The position numbers and the translations under genes were made by a program. Below the pieces are notes generated by a model. It was not told where the DNA came from. It made no database searches and saw only the letters and a program-made list of their open reading frames with translations. A stretch of DNA of 64,000 nt. It comes from Amoebidium appalachense. Taxonomy: Eukaryota; Protista; Ichthyosporea. The DNA lies in assembly GCA_963693365.1 (NCBI GenBank), contig CAVNZM010000002.1, positions 3,984,259 through 4,048,258 of the forward strand, in the 5' to 3' direction. Below are positions 13,536 to 42,715 of this stretch, piece after piece; position 1 is the first letter of the stretch; the number at the start of each line of letters is the position of its first letter.

Positions 13536-15390
13536 TTAACGGGTAGTATTGCCAGCATTCCAATGTACAGGTGACACGACTCGTCTTACTGAGCGGGTGT
13601 GTGTAGTTCGGGCTTGTGGGTAAACTTGAGCGCCTAAACAGGCATATTCACCGACGTCCCACAAGGTTTCTCGGACTGTGGACCCGACAATATCTATGAA
13701 GGTCTGGTCGGTTCGTAGCGGGGCTTGGCGTCCATCACGCACAAGTGACCATAGACACGGTTGCACCGACCGGAAAAAGAAGCGAGTGTCTGCTTGGCCG
13801 CGCTCGCTTTTAAGTTCGCGTACGTTAAGGCGGTAAGTGTGTTGTGGTGACGGTGTAGAAAAGCTAAGTGTAGTGCGAAAAACTATGGGTAAGTGGTCTG
13901 ACGGGGGTGGGTGTAGGTTGTGGTGTACGTGTAAAGTGCATGGACCAGAGGCTGGCCCCCAGTCCGTGCGGTGTTCTTGTACTACAGCTGGAAGAGTAAG
14001 GCGTAAGGCTGTAACAAAAGTGTGAAAAGTAGGTGTGCGTGGGTGGTTGGGTTTAAGTAGGGCCTGTGGGTGGCCGTGTATGGGGTGTGGTGTGGTAACT
14101 ACCGGGCTATTAAAGTCTCCTAACACTAGTGTGGGGTTATGTAGTGCAATGGTGTTGAGTTCGTGTTTAAGTGCTAGCAGTGGGAGGCTAGGTGGAAAAT
14201 AAACAAAGGTGCATATATGGCCACAAACTGAAATAGTGAGTGTGTGTATGGTACGGGCTATAACGGAACAGTGGTTAACAAAGTGCGAGGCGACGATGAA
14301 CACTATGCCGGAGTGATGCTTGTAGCCCACAGGCTGAGTAAACAGACTCGCCCACGAGCCGTCCAGACCGACGAAGTGTTGCGTGGTCTCGCCATCACGT
14401 TTCTGCGACAACTATAAACGGGAACCCCTGTTGGGATAACGAAAGAAGAAGCTGTGCTTTACCCTTATTTAGACTACGAGCATTCCAGAAGAGAAATGAG
14501 AGCATGTTTACTGGGAGTTAGCTGGTGCGGCGGTGGGGTCGTAGGGCTTGCTGAAGACCTGCACGTGCTGAGCCTCCCAGTACGCACGCACCTCAGCTGC
14601 TGTTTTGACCCGGCTGTCGTGTGCCGGGTAAAGTGTGGCTGCCTTGGCAGCCCAGGCGTGGGCGTTGGCCATCCGCGCAAGCACCCGGCGTTGCCAAGAG
14701 GCCCGGGCAGCGGCCTCTGCGTCAGCACGGTTAAGTGTGGTGTTGTAGGGAGCCGTAGGGTCGAAGTCTGCCAGGAAGGTGGCGTCGGTAGCACGTTGGA
14801 TGATGCTTACGAGGGTATCACGGTAGCCGGCACGCACAATGACGACGGCCAATGAAGAGCTTGTCTGGAATCCTTCGGTTGAGGACACCGAGGGTGTAGA
14901 AACGGTCACGCATGGTGCTGCTGTTGGCCGGCACCATGGTGAAGGCTGCCGTGGTCAACTCGGACTCGTCGGTACCCTCAGGTGCAGGGTCAGATGCCAC
15001 CCGGGGGCGGCGGGTTGGGTGCAGGGCCGATGCTGGGGCAAGCTGCCATAGCCTGGGTAGCCCCGTGGGTCTGGGCCACCGACTCGGCATACGTTTTGAC
15101 TTTCTCGGACACGTACACGGTCTTGGCGTCCACAGTAGTGCGGTACACCTTTAGTTTTCGTCGTGGGTATGAACTTGGGAGACCCCGGGGGAGTTGGTAA
15201 CCCACCGGGGGCTGCCTGTGCTGCAGGGGCCGGGCCCGCATGGGCAGGGCCATGGAGGGGTGCCCGGTCCGCTTCCAGCTGCTGTAAGCGCAACTCCATT
15301 CGCTGCAGGAGAAGGTCTGTTTGGTCCTCTTTGGCTTTATATTCGGTGACTTGGGCTGTCGGCGACTTGGGTGCGGAGAAGAGCATGATG
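13536..15390 (-). mobile_element. Decayed fragment of a diverged non-LTR retrotransposon: ORF1-like region plus APE endonuclease, with no RT
   Basis: ORF 13536-14411 has FVYFPPS, LVLGDFN, TDWG and SDHLPI, matching FVYYPPS, ILGDFN, TDWG and SDHSPI of the LINE at 22224-22880. The upstream broken ORFs 14508-15386 sit where ORF1 would be. Confidence 0.7.
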
Positions 15391-16119
15391 CTTCATAAAA
15401 GTTTTCTACTGATTTCCTAGCTCTGTCGGGGATCAGAGCAAAATTTCCCTCGTAATAAAACTATTGGCTGGCTGCGGGGCAGGTTGTGCCTTACTGGACT
15501 CGGGCCTCCCGGGGGCCTCCGTAGACCAATCACTTCTGAAGAAAAAGGAACCAATAAGGCCAGCCTTTGCTGTCGCCACTTGCCAGCACGAGGTGCAGAC
15601 CTTCAGCTGTCATGGGCCATATTTTTCTAGATGAAGCCTAAATGAGCGGGATGGATACTATAATAAGGGATGGATATATCACGTAAAAGAAGTATAGTAT
15701 AATGGCACTTAACGCGCTTGGAGTGCGCAGTTGCGCAATGCGCATACAATTTAGCACCGCATACACCAATCGGAAAGCGGATGGGTATGGTTTTCTTTTT
15801 GCTAATTTGTTGAAATACCAGATCAAAACGCGGGAAACATGAAAACGTATTCCCATTATGCGTCTAAACTTTCAGGATGTCCCCGACTCACCAAAAACCC
15901 TTGCAATACGAAAGATTATGAAAAAAAAAATTTAACAGTTATTATTGGCTATTAATAAAAATAATCCCTGAAAAACCACTACATTAAAGAACCTTTTGGA
16001 GTCAACTTGGAATTGAGGGCAGGTGAATTCAATACGGAACGTAAATCTACAAATCTTGAAATTTCAATTTTACTCGCATTATATGCGAATGCTCGGTTTG
16101 TCACAAGGTCAGCCGCATG

Positions 16120-16127
16120 TATATAAG
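16120..16127 (+). promoter_or_regulatory. Putative TATA box of the OYE gene
   Basis: TATATAAG about 100 bp upstream of the ATG at 16227. Confidence 0.45.
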
Positions 16128-16226
16128 CAGGCCCCTACCACAAACCCAGTTGTTCTCTGTGTGCAGCTCCTGTTCCATTTTTTTTTGTCTCACCTTTCTT
16201 CGTCTTCGTTTCTAATCCCCACCAAC

Positions 16227-17923
16227 ATGGCACCCGCCACGCCCAAGCTCTTCACGCCCCTGCGCCTGGGTGCGCTCACCCTCTCCCACCGTGTTGTTTT
16301 GGCCCCCCTTACTCGTTGTCGTGCCGCTGCCGGGGAGGTTGCCACCGACTTGATGGCTGAGTATTACAGCCAACGCACAACAGAGGGTGGTCTTCTCATC
16401 TCCGAGGCAACACAGATCAGTCAGGAGGGCCAGGGCATGTCTGGCACACCGGGCATCTTCACGCCCGAGCAGGTGGAGGGCTGGAAGGAGGTGACTGCTG
16501 CTGTGCATGCCAAAGGTAAGCGCTTGATCATGACGGTTTGAAGGAGGCCACGTGTCTTTTTCTGGTGGTTTGGGTGTAGCTTGTTTAGGCGAGTGCTTCT
16601 GAGGTATGAAGATGTGAGGAATGCTTGAGTCAGGCAGATGAACACAGAACCAACGTGGGAAGGGGGACCAGGGCAGTGTGTGTAGCGCCTTTGTTGTGAG
16701 GCTTCGAGAGCAAAAACTTTACTGGCAAATCTAGGTGTGCACGTTGCTTGGGTTTCGGTTTTGGTTACACGTTTCCGACGTTCTATAAGTACGTACGGCT
16801 TTAGACCTGGGGCCTGGGCTTCCTTTATACCTCCAGGTTCTAATGTGCAGCGTAAGTTGTCAACATTTGAATCTGGTAGTCACTTTGGCAACAGGGTGTG
16901 AAGCCCCTCAGCTATACTTAGCCGACGTTTACTTCAAGTCTTTCTCCCATCGTGGATCTTGCTTACACGAAACCTGGTTTCTAACAAAATAACCATGGTT
17001 CCCCTTTTCGCCCCCTTCTCCTCCCCCCCCCCCCACCCCCTCCCCTTCCCCCCCCCCTTCTCGCCCCCTCTCCCCCCACAGGCGGTATCATCTTTGCTCA
17101 GCTGTGGCATATGGGCCGCCAGTCCCACTCCTCCTTCCAGCCTAACGGCGGTCTCCCTGTTGCTCCCTCCGCCATTCCCATCAAGCAGACAAGCAAGGCC
17201 CGCACAGCCACTGGGGAGGAGGTTCCCTTTGAGACCCCCCGCGCACTGGAAACATCTGAGATTCCCCGCCTTATCAACGACTATGTCCATGCCGCGACAT
17301 GTGCCAAGGAGGCAGGGTTTGATGGGATTGAGGTGCACAGCGCCAACGGCTATCTTCTGAACCAGTTCCTTCACGAGGAGACAAACAAGCGCACAGACAA
17401 CTATGGCGGCTCCATCCCTAACCGTGCCCGTCTGACCCTGGAGGTTATCGATGCTGTGTCAAAGGTGTGGGGCTCAGATCGCGTGGGCGTGCGCTTCTCC
17501 CCTCCCGTTTACCTCGAAGATAGCAACAAGGAGGGCCTTTACCGCTACATCCTTGAGGAGTTGAACACGCGCAACCTCGCCTTCGTTCATCTCATCGACC
17601 CCCTCCAGTTTGTCCGCTGGGGCATGGCACTTCCCGAGTCGGACATGAAGCTCACCCCGGCCTTCTTCAGGCCCATCTACAACGGTGTGATTATTGGGGC
17701 TGCAGGGTTCGACAGGGAGAAGGCTCTTGAGTGGGTGGAAGAGGATAAGAGCGATGCTATTGCGTTTGGGGCCTTGTTTATTGCTAACCCTGACCTCGTT
17801 CGCCGTCTGAAGGAGAACCTCCCCCTTAACGCCCCTGACTACAAGACGTATTTCACTCCCGGCCCCAAGGGTTACACGGATTACCCCTTCTACTCGGCAG
17901 AGACGAATGGGGTTGAGAACTAA
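16227..17923 (+). CDS. OYE: Old Yellow Enzyme family NADH:flavin oxidoreductase (alkene reductase), 376 aa, 2 exons
   Basis: Exons 16227-16515 and 17082-17923. Motifs LFTPLRLG, APLTR, YYSQR, GLLISEAT, QLWHMGR, catalytic HSANGYL, NKRTDNYGGS, ANPDL and GYTDYP. Branch-point-like TTCTAAC at 16979. Confidence 0.95.
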
Positions 17924-19022
17924 TTTAAGGTCTGAATAGGCATATTCTAGACGACATCATAATTGACTGTGGTTGGAGATATGCCAACTTAGTCCTTAAG
18001 AATGTGCTTAATCCTGTTAACCTGTTAAGGGAACTAAGTGTTCATAATTGGTATGTAGGGTGTGTGCCTTTTGGTGCGGCTCATACGTACAAATGCAGCT
18101 CTAAAAACGAGATACTGCAGGAATGATTATGTATGACCTATGTATGCAGCTGAGTTGTATGAGTGAGTTTTTTTTTTTTTTTTTTTTTGATGATGCATTT
18201 AACCTGTTACCGTTTGTTTCTTTATTCAAGTTTTGTAGGCAAAGCTAGGCAGCCTGGCCTAGTTTATGTTGCTTGTTAGTATTTTGCCTAAACTTCACTC
18301 GGCATCAAGCGAGATAAATGTAGGCCGAAATCATTCCTCCTCCGTCACCGAAGTCTTTTCCCTGACCTGGTTTGCAGAACCACACGAACCTCCTCCTCCT
18401 CACCCCCCCCCCCCCCCCGGACACACACACACACACGCCTTTCCCGCCAGTCCTTCTCACTGCTTTTGCCTGTGACGTCTACTTGCATAAGCTCCCCCTC
18501 CCCTCCTTGGCCAACCTCCACATCTTATCCTTGGGGTTTTTGTGGTGGGGGGGAATATGATCGGACTAATATTAAGTTACCTAATACCTAATAAGTCTAG
18601 AAAGAACAACCACCCTGGCGCCAAATAAGGGTTGAGCTTGTTCCTCCGCTAGGCGAAAGTATGAATGTGCTCCGTGCCGTTAGGTGGGTCGAGCGTGCAG
18701 TTGCCAACGAGCACCTTCAATTTGGGTGGTTTCCGAATGCGACCTGAAACGGTTACCTATAGGCCTGTGGTTACTGTCTGACTGTGATCACATGAACGGT
18801 TGTGTCTGTCCGGACCCATCCCCCCTCCCCCCCCCCCCCCAAACCCACCCACCCACCCACCCAAACAAACAAACAAACAAACCCCCACTCGGACCCACAG
18901 ACACAGCCTGACTGCCAGCTGCAGTGAGTCATCACACACACTTGCATGCGCATGTATGGTCCAGATACACTCAACCACACCACACAGCTGCAGTGAGTCA
19001 TCACATACCCTTGCATGCGCAT

Positions 19023-19313
19023 TGTAAATTTGGTTGTGTATCATAGCGGCAGCGAGATTGCTTTTACAGTATGGGATCTGGTCAATCTTGAGATGGGATC
19101 TTATCCTCGGCACTCATCGATTCGAGTCCAGGCATGTTCCCAACTGATTGGATCTGGCTGATACTGCCGCCTTTTATAGGGGACAGTTCGCCGTGCGATT
19201 GTGGGACAACGCCGCTGCTTCCCGACCAACCATTTTGATTGGTCAGTAAGCGCGACTAACTACAGGGCGCGACTCCCGTAGTCTGTCCGACAATATACAC
19301 AACCATGTTTACA
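19023..19313 (-). mobile_element. Probable solo LTR (291 bp)
   Basis: TG...CA termini; imperfect terminal inverted repeat TGTAAATTTGGTTGTGTAT / ATACACAACCATGTTTACA; 4-bp target duplication GCAT (19019-22 and 19314-17); internal minus-strand TATAAAAG and CCAAT boxes. Confidence 0.75.
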
Positions 19314-19482
19314 GCATGTATGGTCCAGATACACTCAACCACACCACACAGCTGCAGTGAGTCATCACATACCCTTGCATGCGCATGTATGGTCCAGATA
19401 CACTCAACCACACCACACGGCTGCAGTGAGTCATCACATACCCTTGCATGCGCATGCCATAGTATGGTCCAGATACACTCAA

Positions 19483-19684
19483 GGGGTTTACGCTGTTTAC
19501 TCGAGGAAAAGAGAAACCAGTCTCAGGTATGGGGGGGGGGGTTTGCTCGGAATATCCCCTCAGCGGTATATCATGATCACGTACATAGATGTCGGGTGAT
19601 GACTATATATCAGGGTTTACCGTAAAGTTTCTCTATGAGACACCATAAAGACTACAAGGAGAAATCAATTGGTTGGGGTTCCCC

Positions 19685-19724
<40 letters not shown>

Positions 19725-19755
19725 GGGCTCCCCTGGGACACTCGGTATCAGCTGG

Positions 19756-19802
<47 letters not shown>

Positions 19803-22800
19803 TGCGCTATAATTTTGTAGTGATGTGTTTCTCAAGCCAATCAATACATCTAATAAACAGGTCGTAGTTACGCGTGTTTAGTATAAAATCAAGGATGTTG
19901 TAATTTACAGGTAGGCTATCTTTCTGGGTGTCTGTTGTGAATGTGACGTGTGTGTGTTGCGGTATTATGTGGTCTATCAAACTACATTTGGCGATACATG
20001 ACCGGTTAAACTGGTGTGTGTGTGTGTTGTTTGGGCATGCAAATGATGCCACCTTATACTTATTAGATCTCCACTGTATAGACGGTGTACAGTAAAAGCG
20101 TGGTAATTGATCAATAATACCATCAGCTAGAGAAAGACCAGTTCTACAGGAAGGTAATGTGTATTTAGGTGTTATACATTTGCGAGTGCCATATTTGGCA
20201 ATATGGTTGAGGCGGTCAGTATATATAAAACGAGACATAAGGCTTAGTTTTTCAAGGTGTATGCTTTCATCGGGTCTAGTGTCGTGTGGTATCTTTTTCC
20301 ATTTGTTATATTGCGTGATTATCTTGTGATTGTGTACATGTTTAATAAGTAAGTGGCAGTCCAAAGTCACACACACACTATTGCGGGGTTTATTTGTATT
20401 TGTGCCCAGGGGAGAAGGGGAGAGAGAGGGGAGGAAAGAGGGGAGAGGTGAGGAGGGGACAGGTCGGATAGAGAAGAGAGGGTGGGAGGGCAGATACTTC
20501 TTTAAGCGGCTAATGTGCTTATTGAATTTCAGCGCGAGATAGGATACTCTAGCAGCTATTGGCCATGGGACCAGACCATATATCGAGAGCGTTATAGGCC
20601 CAGGTTTACAACAGTTGTTAGATAGAAAGGAGGCAACTTCTGCTTCAAGGAAATTTGCCAAGGGTTTAAGCGCTCTAGTTCTCTCTTTCTTGATCCAAGC
20701 GGCGAGAAGGGGTAAACCATATTCACATGCCGGGAAGACAAAAGTGCGAATAAATGTAAGTCTAATAGAAGGATGGAGGGGTGTGTCTTTGAAAATATTA
20801 GCCGAGAAGAAAGCTAACTGCTTACGAGCCAGCTCTACCCTCTTTTCGACCATATGGGGAAACATAACACCAACAGAATCAACCGGAACACCAAGATATT
20901 TGTATTCTGGAACTATAGGTACAGGTTTAGATGATAATGTAAATGTGTGTAAATTGTTGGCTATATCAGGTACAAGAACACCACATTTGTCTATGTTAAG
21001 GATCATAAGGTTTGCCTTGCACCACTCTGACACTACATCGAACAATCTTTGCAGGCGTCTAGGGGTACGGGCAAGGAGGGACAGATCATCAGCATAGAGA
21101 AGTGCAGGCGGAAAGTTATTAATAGGGTCATCGATTTCGGCGTAAATCTTGACAGCCAAATCATCTATAAATAGGTTAAACAAAAAGGGGCTAAGCAATG
21201 AACCCTGCAAGAGACCTCTAGTACGAGCAAAACCATATGAAGGATGCCCATTAACCACAGCTCAACCATAGGTTTGAGACAAGAGTGCTTCTAACAGAAC
21301 ACCAATGCAGTGTGGTACACCCCGTGCAGCAAGCTTTTCCCATAGGAGACCAGGGGAGACAGAATCGTAAGCAGCTTTCCAATCAATAAAGCCAACATAT
21401 CGTGCACCAACTTGCATAGAATCGTGCAGTGCCATTATTTGAACATAACATGAATTGTTTTTACGAAAAGCGGATTGGCTTGGGTGTATGTGAAGAATAA
21501 ATTGAAACCTAGGGTGATGTGCAAATAACCTAAGTGAGCAAGCTTCAAAGAATCTACGAACAACCTGGGTTAGTGTAATGGGGCGAAAGGATGATATGGG
21601 GCCCTCAGAGTCCTTCTTAACTATGGGGATCACTAAGGTATCTAACCAAGATGACGGGACAAGTCCACATTTAACACACCAAGAAAAGAGAGAGCTTAAC
21701 ATGATAGTAAGATCAGGTTTAATAGCACGATCACTTTCCTTTTGTGGGTAGGAGGGAACAAGGATTTTAAGAAACCCAGCAGGGAGTCCATCAGGTCCAC
21801 AAGACTTACTAGAGCTATAACTAGATATCACAGACCATATGGCATCGGGACTGAAAAAGGGGAGGATCGATTCTATGGGGATAGATGGGTCTACAGGCCA
21901 CACAATAGGTTTCTGAGCGGGGGTCCTATCTTTAAACAGTTCCGAGAAATACTTATCAGAGTCTATAAGGGGGTCTCCAGTGGTATCACCAATAATACGA
22001 GCAGGGGGGCCAAATCGATTCATACTAGCAAGCCGGCGCAAGCTTTCCTTTTGAGACAGGGGTTCACCTAGTCTAGCGGGAGTGGTGTTTGGTAACAAGA
22101 GAGCATCGGGATATTCCTTTCTACCACCGCCAGCATAATCACCGAGATCTATCAAATCATCAACAATAAAGTTAGTGCATGTATCTAGTACGAGATGTGA
22201 ATCTGGTCTGGCTTGTGCAGATTCTAATAGGCGCATATATATAGGGTGTTTCGTTGCATAGCATACACATACATCAACTCTACCCCACTGTGACTTAAGC
22301 TGGGATAGACGGAGGCGAAAGGTGGGAGGAGGAGGGGGAGCAGATCAAGGGAGATCTTAGGTAGGAAAAGGATAGGAGAGTGGTCAGATGACCTAGAGAG
22401 GTTAGGAGGGAGAGAGAGTTTTGACATGGTTGATGGCCAAAAGGCCACTCCCCAGTCGGTGTTGTGGGCATGGGATATTTGAGGGAACCGCAAAGTGTGA
22501 CTTTGGACATACCTTGCTAAAGGGATAGCACGCTCCGGGGGCTTAGATGGGTACCCGACACTCACTTGCAGTGTGTCTGTGTGGTGGAGTCGCGTGTTAA
22601 AATCACCTAAAATAACAGTGGACATTGGTAACTGTGACAACTCGTGAGTCAATTCGACAACCGACATAGATGGTGGGTAATATACAAAAGTAAAAACATT
22701 AGAAACAAACTCTATAGAAACCGAGAATTCCGTTTTTGCTACCGGTTTGCACTTCACTCTCATGTGTGGTGCGGCAAGTACAATAATGCCTCGGTTTTTC

Positions 22801-23036
22801 GCGTAACCGGGGTGTGTGGATGTGTCGACCAATGTACAGTTGAATTTGTGGTGGTTTTTAATCTGTGTTTCGCAAATCACTGTAAACGTGTGGTTGTTTG
22901 TCTGTTGTTGTATGTAGCTGATTTTATCGTCGAGTGTCCCGGGGGGAGGCCCTTTTGGGGGCCCAGTGTCCGAGCATTCCAGAAGAAGAAGGATAAATTA
23001 GGCATCGGTTTGGTCCGACACCTGTGGGGTTGGTTC
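19483..23036 (-). mobile_element. Non-LTR retrotransposon (APE endonuclease + RT + Cys/His C-terminus), copy 1; ORF2 disabled
   Basis: ATG at 23005 (MPNLSFFFWNART). Motifs GDFN, SDH, KSCGPDG, FRPITL, IDWKAAYDSV, GLLQGSLLSPFLF, YADD, YKYLG. Frameshifts near 22940 and 22320, premature TGA near 21262, true stop at 19807. 10-bp TSD ATACACTCAA at 19473-82 and 23037-46. Confidence 0.95.
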
Positions 23037-23267
23037 ATACACTCAACCACACCACACAGCTGCAGTGAGTCATCACATACCCTTGCATGCGCATGTATGG
23101 TCCAGATACACTCAACCACACCACACAAACATACACTTTGGGACCCCCCGGGCCCAATAAGCACAAGCACACGTACACTGCACTGCAAGCCTTAAATAGG
23201 TAAGCACGATAACGTCGCCCCCAATCATCCATAACGAGCCCAACCGCATCGGCAGAGTCAACTTGCT

Positions 23268-23587
23268 CCGAGCAGAGTAATCTGCGAAAAGCATAATTCA
23301 GAAGGGAGTCTGCAAAAAAGTTTAGCAAAATAATCCTAATTTTTTGCAGACTCCCTTCTGAATTTATGCTTTTCGCAGATTACTTACTATTAAGTAGAAT
23401 TGTTCAGCAAAAGCAGAGAATTGCAGAATTATTTCGCAAAAAGTAGAGTTATTAATCAGCCAAAATGAAGGTTTTTCTTTTTAGCAGGAGGGCAGATCGA
23501 GTAATTCAGCTTTTTAAATTATCAGAATAATTCTGCTTTTGCAGAGAATAGTTCTGCTTTTTGCTGAATATTTTATAGTCTGCTCGG
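23268..23587. mobile_element. Foldback/MITE-like element with nested inverted repeats
   Basis: Near-perfect hairpin with arms of about 43 bp at 23276-23384; second imperfect inverted repeat at about 23403-23569; outer CCGAGCAGA / TCTGCTCGG. Confidence 0.6.
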
Positions 23588-24498
23588 ACTCCGATTCAGG
23601 TTGACAACGGAGTCACCGGATATGTACGCGTACGGGTACTAGAAAAGAGAGGGCGGAGATGGGTGACAGCTGACGACCGGGGGGAGGGAGGGAGGGAGGG
23701 AGGGAGGGAGGGAGGGAGGGGGGGGGGGGGGGGGAGGGGGGAGGGGAGGGGGGGGGCTTAGCTTTTGTAGACTCTCGGAGCTACGGAGGGACGGACAGAG
23801 CTAGAGGGAGGGAGGGAGGGAGGCACAGAGTGTGTGTGAGAGAGATAGAGATAGAGATATCTAGAGAGAGAGAGATCTAGGAAGAGAGAGAGAGAGAGAG
23901 AGCTCGAGAGAGAGAAAGAGAAAGCTCGAGAAAGAGAGAGAGGGCGGGAGGGAGGGAGGGAGAGAGAGATATAGAGAAGGAGAGGGAGAGAGAGAGGGAG
24001 AGAGAGTAAGAGACTGATGTAAAATCATGTATTTGTGTACACCTGCACCTGTACTAGCAGTATTCGTTTTACGCCGGGCCATAGTGTCACAAATAAAAGC
24101 ATAACGAACTTTCAGGATACAAGAATTATTTTTCATTTATCTTTTTATTGCACTCCATCGAAAATCCACACGAATCGCATGTAGCAGCCATCAGAATAAT
24201 AATTTGCTATATAATAGGCCAAAGGAAAGAAAAAAGAATGAAAAATGCATGAAATAAAATCAAACCAAACAGGAAAGCAAACAAAGAAAAAAAACAGCCA
24301 AGGCCCAATAACCTATCGGGCTTTTCCACAATGCACAAACACACCCAGTGTGGCAGGATTTTACGGCACATTTTTAAAACTGCTAGTGACATTTCAAGCC
24401 CTGTCCCGTACCCCGGTGGACATTATGATGTCGTCACAAGATACATTATTAGTCTTGCCATGTAACATCTAGTTCGATATATATATTCATTTTGGATT

Positions 24499-24544
<46 letters not shown>

Positions 24545-24964
24545 ACCAACCCACCCAAAGCTTTCCAAACACACAAATAACTAGTAAGGAAAATACGGCT
24601 CAACACTTAGAAAAACCAAATCGCAAACATCAAGTCCAGAATAAAGCAGCAAACATCAAGCCAACGGAAACAGGCCCCAAATCACAAACGTATCGATCGA
24701 CCATGTATCGAAAAAGAGCTTCTATACTACAGAAACACGGTATAAGCTGGCCTCATTCTCATGACGGTACAAAGTGCATGCCATTTTCATATATGTGACA
24801 AGTGGTACAAAAAAAAGCATATACTTTCTTGGCCAATCATACTGCTAATACACACGGTTCAAGCACACCAAACATGCTGATCGATAATCCCCCCCCCCCC
24901 CCCCCCCCCCCCCCCCGGGGGGGGAACACACAGGCACAACACACACATACACACACGCACACAC

Positions 24965-40584
<15,620 letters not shown>

Positions 40585-40710
40585 CCTGCACACTGCGTGC
40601 CTGCGGGAAAAAAAAAAAAAAAAAAAAAAAAAAAGGAAAGAAAGAAAAAAAGAAGGAGGAAAAGCAAGGGAAAAGGGAAAAGGGAAAAGAAAAAAGAAAA
40701 AAGAAAAGAT

Positions 40711-40746
<36 letters not shown>

Positions 40747-40850
40747 AGAGCAGGGAAAAAAGAAAAAGAAGAAAAAAGTTGAAACGGGAAAGAGAGAAGA
40801 CAAACAAACCTCTGTTTTTTTTTGTTTTTTTTTTTTGGGGGGGGGGGGGG

Positions 40851-41095
40851 TTTTGAATGCGTTAAAAAGTACGAAGTACACAAGAACAAACGGATAACAC
40901 GATGCAGAATGCAAGCCATACATAAAGAGTATGCATAATAAGCAGAGCCCATCCTCAGGGGGGGCCCACGTCATCCACAGTACCCGAGTTTCGACCTATT
41001 CCCCTCGTTAACGAAACCCAACTCAGATACTGTTTCACTTGAACATGAGTAGGTCACCCGTCTTGATCAGAGACGAGCAGGGTTGCTTATGCAGG
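40851..41095 (-). mobile_element. Intronic structured repeat, subfamily A, 5'-truncated, in the probable CNOT4 5'-UTR intron
   Basis: Essentially identical to the reverse complement of 48125-48369; poly-C on both sides (sense strand). Confidence 0.85.
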
Positions 41096-41899
41096 GGGGG
41101 GGGGAGGCAGGGGGAATTAGAAAGTGTTACGAAGTATCAAGTACACACTCGTGACAATTGACACAATGCAAATCATGCAAGCACACATCGAGAGCACCAA
41201 ACACGAGCAGAGCCCACCTCCCCGGTACACGGGGGGGAGGGAGGGGGGCAAGATGATATGTCGAATGAGAAGCCGGGGGGAGGGGGGCCACAAAGACACT
41301 CGAGGAAAAAAGAGTGCTTTAGGACGGCATCCCCCCCCCCCCCCCCTTCTCCCCCCCCCCTCCCCCCCCCCCCCCCCCAAAAAAAAAGCCAGAAGCTCAC
41401 AGACAGAGTGAAAACTTAAAAACAAAAGAGAACAGAGCAAACATAATAAAACAGAACAGACATGCAGGCAGTCGGGAAAAAAAAAAGGGGGGGGGGGGGG
41501 AGGTAGGGGTTGTGGCTGGAAGAAACACGTGACTTTGTGCACACGAAAATGCCAATATATTTGTCTTGTGTCAGTACAAGAATATGTGCAGGTGGGGATG
41601 GGGGGGGGGGGGGGGGGGGGGGGGGGGATTGACTGTGAAAAGTGAAAACCATTACGGGGAAACGTAATGGGAAAATCCAAAAGAGTAAACACAGTATGAG
41701 TATGTGACAACGCTAGACACAGACCAGAGAAGAGGAGGAGGGGAGGAGGGGGGATGTGTGTGTGAGTGTGTACGCCCACGCACGTGTGTGTGTGCGTGTG
41801 TGAATGTGTGTAGGTATGCGTATGCGTGTATCCGTTTGTATGACTTGGCCTGTGTGTGTGCCTGTGAGTGTATGTCCTGACATGTGCGAACATGAATAT

Positions 41900-41947
<48 letters not shown>

Positions 41948-42663
41948 ACGTGTGTGCATTCATGTGCTCACAAGTGTACACGTGTAATCAGGATGGGGGT
42001 GGAAGGAAGGGTGCGGCAGCATAACCAAATGGAAAACAAAACAAGATGGCAGGCTCTGATACTAAGAAGCACATCCGGGGGGGGGGGAGGGGGAGCGAGA
42101 GAGGGAGAGGGAGGGAGGGAGAGAGAGAGGGATATAAATTAAGTCAGATCGAGGGGGAGAAGTGATGGGAGGTGGCGGGGGGAAGGGGGGTTGAATTGCG
42201 GTGAATCATGTGGGGATCAAAAACACAAAACGGGGGTTGAGAGAGTGTGATAGGGGACCCAGTATGGGGCAAAAAGCTAACCATGAATAAGGTAAGCTGA
42301 GCAGGCGACATTGAGTACACACGCAGGGTGGCTTGCACCTTGAGACATGCACACTTTATAATAAATAAGAGAAAAGAGGAGGACACAGACACGCACAAAC
42401 ACACACACCAACAGTTGCGTGTTAATGCACAGACACACAGCCAAAAAACACGTTGGCAGGTATGACAGACGCCCAAGAGCACTGGTAATTGTGCAAAAAC
42501 ACAAATAAGCGTACGTAGGACTTCTGGCAACACACACCTGCACGAATTCATACACGCACAGGTGCTTGCGCAAAGTACACACGCACCCGATGTGTGTATG
42601 TGTGTAGGGGGGGGGGGGGGGGGGGGGGAGGGGGAGGGGGGGGGGGCAAGGCGTGTGGTGCGT

Positions 42664-42715
<52 letters not shown>

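Larger units (their letters stand above)
18918..23126. repeat. 69-bp minisatellite array split by a solo LTR and a LINE (pieces 18918-19022, 19314-19482, 23037-23126)
   Basis: Unit CATGTATGGTCCAGATACACTCAACCACACCACACAGCTGCAGTGAGTCATCACATACCCTTGCATGCG. The register continues across both insertions. Confidence 0.9.

Noticed and set aside
18918-19482. CRISPR-like array
   Set aside because: Units are contiguous tandem copies without unique spacers; no cas genes; eukaryotic context.
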